Source of the DNA: Planctomycetaceae bacterium
GTDB lineage: Bacteria; Planctomycetota; Planctomycetia; Planctomycetales; Planctomycetaceae
Direction of reading: 5' to 3'
Length of the DNA stretch: 64,000 nucleotides
Assembly (NCBI GenBank): GCA_015485495.1
Contig: WFTL01000058.1
Location: 8,379-72,378 of the forward strand
Below are positions 28,271 to 36,384 of the stretch, piece after piece. Each line of letters begins with the position of its first letter. Positions within the stretch are counted from its first letter, which is position 1. Both the position numbers and the translations under genes were made by a program. The notes below the pieces were generated by a model. The model saw only the letters and a program-made list of their open reading frames with translations, had not been told where the DNA came from and made no database searches.

Positions 28271-28856
28271 GCGAAGCGACCTTTTGATCGTGGAACCAGC
28301 GTGCTCCCACGCACTGAGCCAGAGCCAGCCTGGCACGGTGGAGCCGGACCCAGAGATTCGACGGTGTGATCTGCAGTTCCTGACAGATTTCTTCTGAAGT
28401 CATCTCTTCCATCACGCTCAGCACGAACACGTCGGCCTGTCCCTGCGGCAGACGTTTCAGGCAGTCTTTGACCACCTCCCAGATTTCCCGCGACGCCACC
28501 TGGCCATCCGGCGTGGCGGACATGAACGCCCCGTTCTTCCAGTTGCCCTTCTGATCGAACAGTTTTTCAGACGGATCATGACTGCCGTCGGACACGCCGT
28601 CCCTGTCGTACCGGGCCCGCCTCCGGATGTGGTCGATGAGCTTGCGTTTCAGAATGCCCAGAAGCCACGCCCGTTCGGTCCCGTCGCCCGTGTACCGATG
28701 CTGGAACCGAATCCCTGCCAGAAACGTTTCCTGAACGACTTCTTCCGCCGCATTGTCGTCGCGCAGTCGGGATACGGCGTAACGAAACAGGTAATCCCCG
28801 TATTCGTCGACCCAGTTGTCCGGATTCAGGCCCGGAGCGGGCTGCGGATCGGACAT
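28260..28856 (-). CDS. ECF-type RNA polymerase sigma-70 family factor
   Basis: Region 2 (YGDYLFRYAVSRLRDDNAAEEVVQETFLAG ... WLLGILKRKLIDHIRR) and region 4 (QADVFVLSVMEEMTSEEICQELQITPSNLWVRLHRARLAL) are present. Confidence 0.9.
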   Translation of the reverse strand: MSDPQPAPGLNPDNWVDEYGDYLFRYAVSRLRDDNAAEEVVQETFLAGIRFQHRYTGDGTERAWLLGILKRKLIDHIRRRARYDRDGVSDGSHDPSEKLFDQKGNWKNGAFMSATPDGQVASREIWEVVKDCLKRLPQGQADVFVLSVMEEMTSEEICQELQITPSNLWVRLHRARLALAQCVGARWFHDQKVASHAE

Positions 28857-29220
28857 CGCGCCGGAATTCTCCCTGCGATCACGGAATGCCGGTTCTTCTC
28901 GACGAGAACCCGCGCGGCAGAATCTGCCGCTTCGGCCATTGTAATGAGTCCCCGCGACTGTGACTACAGCACCGATTTCGGCAGCAACTGCCGAACAGCC
29001 CGCTCCTGTTCCTCTGTTCCGCCGACAATGTGACCGGTTCTGCGGATTTCGACTCAGGAATCAGCCGGTCGCTGCCGGTTCCGCATAGACTCCGCCGGCG
29101 TCTCCCTGCTAGGTTTTCGGCGGCGCCGGCCGCGTGCCGATTTCCGCCATCTGTCCGACCGTTCCGACCTTCGCTGATGTCGGTTCGGACTGCCGACCGT
29201 TCTGATCCGGAGGGACACGG

Positions 29221-30285
29221 ATGTCCGCCCTGAGAATCACGACCCTGGCGACTCTGTCTGTTCTGCTGCTGTGCACGTCCGCCGATGCGAAGCCTCGGCG
29301 CAAACGTGTGGAAGCGGTCAAAGGCAAACGGTACCTGCTTCGCCGCGAACATGACCCGTGGATGATCATGGTGACCAGTCTTCGGGACGTCGATCCGCTG
29401 CTGCGAACCGACGGGCTGTCCGCCTGGGAAGCGGCTGACGCCATCATTTATGAACTGCGGCGGCGCGGCATTCCGGCCTGGGCTTATCACCAGAAGGAAC
29501 AGATGGATGAAACCGGACGCTACGTGGCCCGGCAGGAATACATCGCCGTACTGGCCGGAGGCTTCGATTCGCCCGATCACCGTCATGTCCAGCCGGTTCT
29601 GAAATACATCAAGGAAAAGTTTCGGCCCGACTTTCTGGATGACGATTCTACCGGAGTCGTCCGCCGCAAAACGGACATGCCTTTTCGAGGCGCCTTCGTC
29701 TGCCCGAATCCCCTGCGTCCGGAGATCAAAGCATCCGCATACCGTTCCGTCGATCCGCTGATCCGGAGAATCAATTCCGAAAGCGGGCCGCTGTCTCTGC
29801 TGAAAAACCCCGGACGTTTCACCGTCCGGGTGGCCACGTTCAGTGGAGGCACCGTGGTGCAGGTCGCCGGGCGAAAAGATGATGGCCCGCTGAAGTTCTT
29901 CCAGGAACACTTCGGAAAAGGGCTCGACGAAGCCGGCCGGTCGGCCTGGGAACTGGCAACTGCACTCCGGCAGGCCCGCAGTCTGGGATACGACCGCGAT
30001 TTCGAAGCCTGGGTCTTTCACGACCGGTATCGATCCTACGTGACGATCGGATCCTTCGACAGCCCGGACGATCCGCAGATCGCCATTCTGAAACGTGAGT
30101 TCGCCGCCAAATTCCAGCCCGACCCGCGGACCGGCGAGGATCGGCTCACCCCGGTCCTGTTTTCGATTCCCAAAAATCCCGAGGGAAAAATGCTGCCGGA
30201 CAAACTGTGGTTCTTCGATCAGAACCCCAAAGTCGTGGCCGTCCCCGGGCGGGAACCGGTCCGGACAGTTTCCAGCGCCCGCTGA
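29221..30285 (+). CDS. secreted hypothetical protein with two related alpha/beta (SPOR-like?) modules
   Basis: A signal peptide is present (MSALRITTLATLSVLLLCTSADA). Two modules share the same pattern: WMIMVTSL ... YIAVLAGGFDSPD ... LKYIKEKF and FTVRVATFSG ... SYVTIGSFDSPDD ... ILKREFAAKF. It is divergent from the ECF sigma gene. Confidence 0.6.
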   Translation: MSALRITTLATLSVLLLCTSADAKPRRKRVEAVKGKRYLLRREHDPWMIMVTSLRDVDPLLRTDGLSAWEAADAIIYELRRRGIPAWAYHQKEQMDETGRYVARQEYIAVLAGGFDSPDHRHVQPVLKYIKEKFRPDFLDDDSTGVVRRKTDMPFRGAFVCPNPLRPEIKASAYRSVDPLIRRINSESGPLSLLKNPGRFTVRVATFSGGTVVQVAGRKDDGPLKFFQEHFGKGLDEAGRSAWELATALRQARSLGYDRDFEAWVFHDRYRSYVTIGSFDSPDDPQIAILKREFAAKFQPDPRTGEDRLTPVLFSIPKNPEGKMLPDKLWFFDQNPKVVAVPGREPVRTVSSAR

Positions 30286-30612
30286 CGCAGGACGCCGGCC
30301 GGCTGAGCCTCCGCGGGAGCCTCTGAAACTTCCGTCCGAGATCTGCCTGGGGGGACCAGGACGCGTTTTCGGTTTTTGTTGGATTTTCCCGGAGTTTCTG
30401 TGAACCTCCGGGCATTTCCCAGCGTCTGAACAGGTACGTGACGGTGTGTCGGTCCGTTGAGTACCGTCGCCCGGCGGCCGCCAGGCTTTTCCGGCGGCCA
30501 CTTTCGAAGACGGCTGCGAACGGCTGTTCGTGACCGCGAAGTCGTGGACTGACCGCGACATCCTTTCGCCTGGCCCTCCCTGGAAATCCAGGGCCCGACA
30601 GGAGGCAGACTC

Positions 30613-30897
30613 ATGCTGCTCACAAACACCACCCTTGAGAATCCGACTGCTGCAACAGCATGCCGGGAGCTGAATCGGGTGTTTGCAGATGCCGTGTGCT
30701 GTCATTCCGCGGGCGCCGTCCGGGCTGCAGAGCAGACTGTCGTCCCGCCGCGATCGCAGCGCGCCGCTCGCTGTTCGATGTGGCGGCTGCACCGTTTCTG
30801 CAGCAAACCTGCCATGGCTGTGAGCAAACGGTGCTGCCGGGAATCCCTGCTGCAGCGGGGAATGAACCACCCGGCCCGCCGCCCTGCCGGCTGCTGA
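30613..30897 (+). CDS. candidate small basic Cys-rich protein (94 aa); weak call
   Basis: It has the best SD in the window (gacAGGAGGcagactcATG). I estimate third-codon-position GC at about 70%, similar to real genes here. Eight Cys are present, including two CC pairs. I recognised no family, and the composition is also compatible with a chance ORF. Confidence 0.25.
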   Translation: MLLTNTTLENPTAATACRELNRVFADAVCCHSAGAVRAAEQTVVPPRSQRAARCSMWRLHRFCSKPAMAVSKRCCRESLLQRGMNHPARRPAGC

Positions 30898-31137
30898 CAG
30901 CGATTCGCGTCCCCGTCCCTGTGCGGGACGTTGTCTGAATCGCTGAGGAATCGGAAGCCCGTTGCACGCAGCGCCGCTGCCGGGCTTCCGCGTACCACCT
31001 GGGAATCCGGTCTCCGATCCGTCCGGACGCCGGAACATGGTTGTCTGCAGATCTGAATCGTTCGTCCGTCCTGAATCGGCCGCTGAACGGGAGCGGTGCT
31101 GACGGACCGGAACGATGTTCTTCGGGAGTCCGACACG

Positions 31138-31689
31138 ATGTCTGCTGAATTCACGGAACAAAACGTCATCCGGGCCCAGGAAGGCTGCCGCGCCGCCTTC
31201 GATGCTCTCACCAGAGACTTCTATCAGTTCGTGCGCCACATCGTCCAGGAACATGTGCGCCACGACGCCGAAGCCGACGAAGTCACTCAGGAGGTCTTCC
31301 TGAGGGCGTACCGCAAGCTCCATCAGCTGAAGGAACCGGCCGCGTTTCCGGGATGGCTGAAACAGATTGCCGTACGGCTGTCCATCAATCAGATCAACCG
31401 GCGTCCGCCGGAACGGGCTCGCGAACCGGCACTGTTCGAACAGCTTCAGGAAGCTGGGGAACGGCCTGGCAGAGTGCTGCTGGAGCGTGAAGACGCGCAG
31501 CAGCTTCGGCTGGGAATCAGCCGTCTGGGACAGGTGGACCGTCAGACGCTGGTGGCCTTCTATTTCGAAGGCCGATCTCTGCGTGAGATGGCCGAAGATT
31601 TCGGTCGACCGGTCGGCACGATCAAACGGCGGCTGCACACGGCCCGCAACCGACTGAAAGAAACGCTGACGGCCATGCAGCCGGCCTGA
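31138..31689 (+). CDS. ECF-type RNA polymerase sigma-70 family factor (no adjacent anti-sigma gene recognised)
   Basis: Region 2 (DEVTQEVFLRAYRKLHQLKEPAAFPGWLKQIAVRLSINQ) and region 4 (RQTLVAFYFEGRSLREMAEDFGRPVGTIKRRLHTARNRLKE) are present. The start is at MSAEF. Confidence 0.9.
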   Translation: MSAEFTEQNVIRAQEGCRAAFDALTRDFYQFVRHIVQEHVRHDAEADEVTQEVFLRAYRKLHQLKEPAAFPGWLKQIAVRLSINQINRRPPERAREPALFEQLQEAGERPGRVLLEREDAQQLRLGISRLGQVDRQTLVAFYFEGRSLREMAEDFGRPVGTIKRRLHTARNRLKETLTAMQPA

Positions 31690-32040
31690 CGCAACGGCAA
31701 CAGCCGCCAGCGGTGCAGGGACGCACCACGGCGGCATCCCGTTTCTGATCCACGGTGGACTGCCTGATTCACTTCAGTCAGATGCCCGGCTTTCTGGCAG
31801 AAGGGAATGTTCTGACGTATGGGTTTCCTGGTCGCCGGCAGGCTGCGAGATGTCCCGTGGCGGGAAACGGTCGTTGCCGGGGACAAAGACGGTTGCCGTG
31901 CGACGCGGCACAAGGAAACGCTTCCAGTCTGTGTGTGAACCGACCTGGCTGAAAGTCGAGAAGCAGGTGAACCGGACGGCATCCCTGCGCAAACAGGTGA
32001 AGCTGCTGTTTTTCCTTCAATGCGCGTCCTTCAGTGCGCT

Positions 32041-32547
32041 TCATTTCGGATTATCGGGCGATGGGGGCTGATTGTGTTCGTCCGCATGGATGATTGTGAC
32101 GATGGCCGTGTGCAGCCGGGCCGGTTCGTCGGTTCCGATGGTGAGCGTCCGGCCGCTGCGACGTTCCAGTTCCACGGCCTGCAGGCCCGACGCGTTGAAC
32201 AGCCAGCCGGTGCGGGTGCGGCGGATTCCCCAGCCATCCACCCGGCGCGTGCGTGTTTCCCTGGCAGACAGAATGTCGTCGGCGAGTACGGTTGTGCGAA
32301 TCAGACCGGGGCCGAAAAACACGACGACGCGATCCGGAAAGACGACGACCGACAGAGAATGGAACAGCAGCAGACAGGTCCACAGAATCAGGGCAGTGCC
32401 TCCGCAGACTGCGGCAGCCACTGGGCTGCCTCCCCAGAAAAGTCCGATGCCGCCAGCGGTTGCGACGCATGCCAGCAGCCCGACTGTCAGGCGAATGACG
32501 GTGGCCGGCTGGGTATGTCGATAGATTTCCGCCATGATGCTGTCCAT
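32041..32547 (-). CDS. small membrane protein (two TM helices plus a possible bacterial PH-like C-terminal domain)
   Basis: TM segments are VIRLTVGLLACVATAGGIGLFW and AVCGGTALILWTCLLLFHSL. They are followed by a beta-rich segment (VDGWGIRRTRTGWLFNASGLQAVELERRSGRTLTIGT). The start is uncertain (32547, 32535 or 32604). Confidence 0.5.
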   Translation of the reverse strand: MDSIMAEIYRHTQPATVIRLTVGLLACVATAGGIGLFWGGSPVAAAVCGGTALILWTCLLLFHSLSVVVFPDRVVVFFGPGLIRTTVLADDILSARETRTRRVDGWGIRRTRTGWLFNASGLQAVELERRSGRTLTIGTDEPARLHTAIVTIIHADEHNQPPSPDNPK

Positions 32548-32843
32548 GTGGCCAGTTGCTGACGGAGTCAGCCGGTCCGCCGACTTCCGTTGCCTGTATT
32601 CCATCTGTCTGCCGGGAAAGGAACCGCGGTTCGCACCGGAGCAGCCGGCCTGCCGGGGGCAGCCCGGACCAGACCGCTCAGCACCGTTTCTCCACCGCCG
32701 AAATCGGATGCCAGGTTCCTCCCGGCAAAATATGCCGAACGCGGGTTTGCGCAAACGCGGGTTTTTGTTAGGTGTACGGGTTCAGGGATGAATCGCACCG
32801 CAGGTCCGGTGCGCTGTCAGTGCTGATCCGGGAAGGGATTCCC

Positions 32844-35735
32844 ATGCAGAACTCCATTCTAAAGCTGCTGTCCATTGCCGGTGTCATCGGAATCGGCACG
32901 CTTGTTGTGATGGAAGTCCATCAGCAGCTTCCACTTCCGCAGCAGACGGGATCGGTTTCTGAAGGATCTTCGGGGACCGAAACGGAACTCATGGCACCGA
33001 CCACGGTGTCAGAGTTCGAAGCGAGCCTGGAGTCTGCCGGCGACGGTTCACGTTTCACTGCCGGCGCCCGTCGGAGCACGACGGCTGCGGCGATGGATGA
33101 GAACACCGATCCGTTCAGTTTCACAGAACCGGATCTCAGTGAGTCGCCGGACGACACCGGTCATGTGGCCGCCCGGAATCACCGTGCGGACGCCGCCCCC
33201 TACGCTCCGGATACGGCTGATTCTTCAGCCGGTCAGTCCGTTCCCGTTCATCCGGCCGGATTCGGTGAGGATCTTCCGGATTCCAAAACATCTGAAATGC
33301 GGCTGCCGGGCGACGAGGATTCCGAAACGGGATTCTCTGTGGATCTGTTTCCGGACGACGGAGACACGGGCGATTCCTCCACAGCGCCTCTGCCGGATAA
33401 TCTGCCCGATGATTTTCCGGACAACGATGTGCACACGGCGGCTCCGTTTCCTGATGACGACGGCCACGATCACGCGGAAGAACAGGACGATGGTGCAGAC
33501 ACCGTCCCCGTCCGGGAACGGACTGACATCTCAGAGCGGCGGGCGGAGCCGAAGGGGGCTCCGCGCGACTCCAATACGCTCATGTTCATCAGTGGGGGAA
33601 CCGACGCTGCTGACGGGGGACCATCGAAGGCGCCTGCGCCGGACGAATCGGAAGATCCGTTTTTTCTGCCCGATGGTGATCCGGAACCGTTCTCTCCCGC
33701 GGATGCCGATGCGCCGCCTCTGAAACCGGCTCCGGATACCTTCGAAGAACCCGTTCTGCCGCTCGATGACGAAAACGTCATGGATCATCCGGACACGGAC
33801 GACCGTTCGTCGGAGCATTCCATGTTCGAAGCGGATGAACAGGATGAGGAGGATGGTCTGACCATCGGCAGTTCTCCGGATTCGGGTGTCCAGTCCGATG
33901 GTCACTCGGAAACACATCCGAGTGAGTTCCCCCCGGATCTGCCGGCGGACGATTCGGAGATGTTTGACGAGATTCTTCCGGAATCGGACGACGAGCCGCA
34001 TTCGGTTCCGACTGAACAGGACCGTTTGTTTTCCGATCCGGACGATCGTCAGGAACGGTTCGATCGGGAGCCGCCGTCGCGCAGCCTGAACGTCCCTGAC
34101 GACGAACGGCCCGGCCGTTATCACACGCGTCCGTCAGAATCGTCCCGCACGCGTCCGCCCCGCAGTCGTCTCTTTCATGCCGATCCGCTTTCCGACGGGG
34201 GGGCACAGCCGGACTCGTCGCGACTGGCTCGCGATGCACACGGTCCTTCGGTGGAGATCATTCCTCTGGGCGGCGGCGGTATCGCTCAGCGGATTCCATC
34301 GGACGATCTGACGGGAGCCGGCATCGTGCAGACATCAGCATCGTCGGTCGTTTTGCGGCCGCATCTGACGGTGAGCAAACGGATGCCGGAACAGGCGACA
34401 CTCGGGGTGCCGCTGACCTATACCCTTGTGGTCGGCAATGAGGGACAGTCGCTCGCTCATGATGTTGTGGTTGAAGATGTCGTTCCGGCCGCAGCGCGGC
34501 TGGAACGTGTCGATCCGCCGGGCGAGTTCGACAAAGATTCCAGAACGCTTGTCTGGGAATTCGATGAACTCGATGCCGGCGCTCGCCGGGAAATTCAGGT
34601 GGAAATCACGCCGGTGGAACAGGGAGTTCTGGATACCGTTGCCACCGTTCGGTTCAAAGCTCAGGTCCGGACACGCACCGTCGTCCGTTCTCCCCATCTG
34701 GTCCTGGAAACGGCCGTTCCCCGGGAAATCCGTCTGGGAAGCGAAGTGTCGCTGCAGTTCCTGATCCGCAACGACGGCGATGGTCCGGCAGCGGACGTTG
34801 TCCTGCGAAGCAATCTGCCGGCCGGTCTGAGTCACCCGATCGGCAATGATCTGGAATACACCGTCGGCGATCTGGAGCCGGGCGATGAACGGGAAGTCAT
34901 TCTCAACGTGGTTGCGAAGGAACCGGGTCATTTCGTTCACACATCGGAACTCATTGCTTCCGGAGGTGCTGCGGCCACGGCGGAATCGAAAGTCAGCGTG
35001 ATCGGCCAGCAGATCCAGATCATCCGTCGGGGGCCGCCCCGTCGATCAGTGGGTCGCACGGCAGTGTTCGAGAACCGACTGACCAACGAAACGGCGTTTC
35101 CCGCACACGATATTCTCGTTGTCGAATCGGTGCCGGAGGGAATGAAGTTCGTCCGGGCATCGGACAGCGGTGCCTGGAATCCGGAAGACCGGACGGTCAT
35201 CTGGAGAATCGATACGATTCCGGCGGAAGAGACGAAGGTGCTGGAAGTGGAGCTGCTGGCTCGGGCTCCCGGCGATCACGAAAGCGTGGTGACGGTGACA
35301 GAAAATGCCGGCTTCCGTTCCGCAGCCCGCCATGTCACGTCCGTTGAAGAGATCAACCATCTGGGGGCCCGCATCAGCGGGACCGATCATCCGGTGGCCA
35401 TCGGAGAAACATTCGGGTTCGATATCACGGTTCAGAATCGGGGGACGAGTCGAGCGACCGGTGTTCAGCTTGTGATCGAACTGCCTCCCGGGATTCGTGG
35501 GGTGAGTACCGGACGCAACGGCCCGCAGGCGCGGGGTGCCCGCCATGGACAGGAGATCCACTACCGGTTCGACAAAGTCGACATTGCCGCCGGCGATGAG
35601 AAGGTTTTCCGGATCAACCTGAGAGCCCTGCGGAAGATGTCAGATGCTCCGGTGCGGGCCAGGATCCGCTATGATCAGGGACGCAACGACATGGTAACGT
35701 CCGAGTCGGTCACGGTCGTCGAAGACGGCCCGTAG
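32844..35735 (+). CDS. membrane-anchored giant protein: long acidic disordered region followed by DUF11 (conserved repeat domain) repeats
   Basis: The start at MQNSILKLLSIAGVIGIGTLVVM is an N-terminal anchor. About 480 aa of D/E/P/S-rich sequence follow. Then come at least four repeats of the DUF11 pattern (TYTLVVGNEGQSLAHDVVVEDVVP ..., LQFLIRNDGDGPAADVVLRSNLP ..., FENRLTNETAFPAHDILVVESVP ..., FDITVQNRGTSRATGVQLVIELP). Confidence 0.8.
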   Translation: MQNSILKLLSIAGVIGIGTLVVMEVHQQLPLPQQTGSVSEGSSGTETELMAPTTVSEFEASLESAGDGSRFTAGARRSTTAAAMDENTDPFSFTEPDLSESPDDTGHVAARNHRADAAPYAPDTADSSAGQSVPVHPAGFGEDLPDSKTSEMRLPGDEDSETGFSVDLFPDDGDTGDSSTAPLPDNLPDDFPDNDVHTAAPFPDDDGHDHAEEQDDGADTVPVRERTDISERRAEPKGAPRDSNTLMFISGGTDAADGGPSKAPAPDESEDPFFLPDGDPEPFSPADADAPPLKPAPDTFEEPVLPLDDENVMDHPDTDDRSSEHSMFEADEQDEEDGLTIGSSPDSGVQSDGHSETHPSEFPPDLPADDSEMFDEILPESDDEPHSVPTEQDRLFSDPDDRQERFDREPPSRSLNVPDDERPGRYHTRPSESSRTRPPRSRLFHADPLSDGGAQPDSSRLARDAHGPSVEIIPLGGGGIAQRIPSDDLTGAGIVQTSASSVVLRPHLTVSKRMPEQATLGVPLTYTLVVGNEGQSLAHDVVVEDVVPAAARLERVDPPGEFDKDSRTLVWEFDELDAGARREIQVEITPVEQGVLDTVATVRFKAQVRTRTVVRSPHLVLETAVPREIRLGSEVSLQFLIRNDGDGPAADVVLRSNLPAGLSHPIGNDLEYTVGDLEPGDEREVILNVVAKEPGHFVHTSELIASGGAAATAESKVSVIGQQIQIIRRGPPRRSVGRTAVFENRLTNETAFPAHDILVVESVPEGMKFVRASDSGAWNPEDRTVIWRIDTIPAEETKVLEVELLARAPGDHESVVTVTENAGFRSAARHVTSVEEINHLGARISGTDHPVAIGETFGFDITVQNRGTSRATGVQLVIELPPGIRGVSTGRNGPQARGARHGQEIHYRFDKVDIAAGDEKVFRINLRALRKMSDAPVRARIRYDQGRNDMVTSESVTVVEDGP

Positions 35736-35822
35736 GCATTCGGAATCGTTTCTGTCGGACAATGCGGCGCCGGCGGCCACCGGGTCTGTGATGACGCGGC
35801 GGCCGCGAAATGCTCAACCGGC

Positions 35823-35867
35823 CTGCAGTCGGTTTTCCTGCAGTCGGTTTTCCTGACGGTCGGGTTC
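35823..35867. repeat. 15-bp tandem repeat x3 (ctgcagtcggttttc, ctgcagtcggttttc, ctgacggtcgggttc)
   Basis: Read directly from the sequence. It lies in the gap between the DUF11 gene and xseB, about 85-130 nt upstream of the likely xseB start. Confidence 0.7.
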
Positions 35868-35952
35868 TGTACACTGTCGGTGGCCGGTGATTCGCGGACG
35901 CGTTGTCTGTGGGAGCCGTTCTGTTTCGTGCCTGCCTGGGAAATGCCGACCT

Positions 35953-36309
35953 GTGGCGAACCGAAAAAAGTCTGCCGCGTCAGCAAAGTCTGCCGCCTCG
36001 AAGTCGAAGAAGAAGGAACCGCCCGTCGCTCTGGAGGAGGCGATGGAGGAGCTGGCGGCTCTGGTGACGGAGCTGGAGTCCGGCCAGACGACGCTGTCGG
36101 AGGCTCTGGAGAAATTCGAACGCGGCATGCAGCTTGTACGGCTGTGTGACGCCACACTCAGTGAAGCCGCGACGAAGATCGAAATCGTGCGGCGGATGAC
36201 TGAGGAAGGTGTCGAAATTGAAGCCTATGACGGCACGGCGACCATCGATCGCGAGGATGGAACCAATCCGGTGCCGGAAAAGCCGGCTGCGGACGATCGT
36301 CTGTTTTGA
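35953..36309 (+). CDS. xseB: exodeoxyribonuclease VII small subunit, with a Lys/Ser/Ala-rich N-terminal extension
   Basis: The core LEEAMEELAALVTELESGQTTLSEALEKFERGMQLVRLCDATLSEAATKIEIV is typical XseB. The start is uncertain: GTG at 35953 is chosen, but the ORF is open from 35887. Confidence 0.8.
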   Translation: MANRKKSAASAKSAASKSKKKEPPVALEEAMEELAALVTELESGQTTLSEALEKFERGMQLVRLCDATLSEAATKIEIVRRMTEEGVEIEAYDGTATIDREDGTNPVPEKPAADDRLF

Positions 36310-36384
36310 GTGAACAGACGGCTGTCCGTGGGCGGGCAGAGTGGCGGCTGAAGGCGTTTCGACTCAAGCCGGCAGAACGATCAT

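Noticed and set aside
28879-31737. A 952-aa minus-strand ORF, the second-longest minus-strand ORF in the track.
   Set aside because: It runs antisense to two well-supported plus-strand genes (the secreted protein at 29221-30285 and the ECF sigma at 31138-31689). It has an Arg/Gly/Pro/Ser-rich composition with no motifs. It is typical stop-codon-depleted antisense reading of GC-rich coding DNA.
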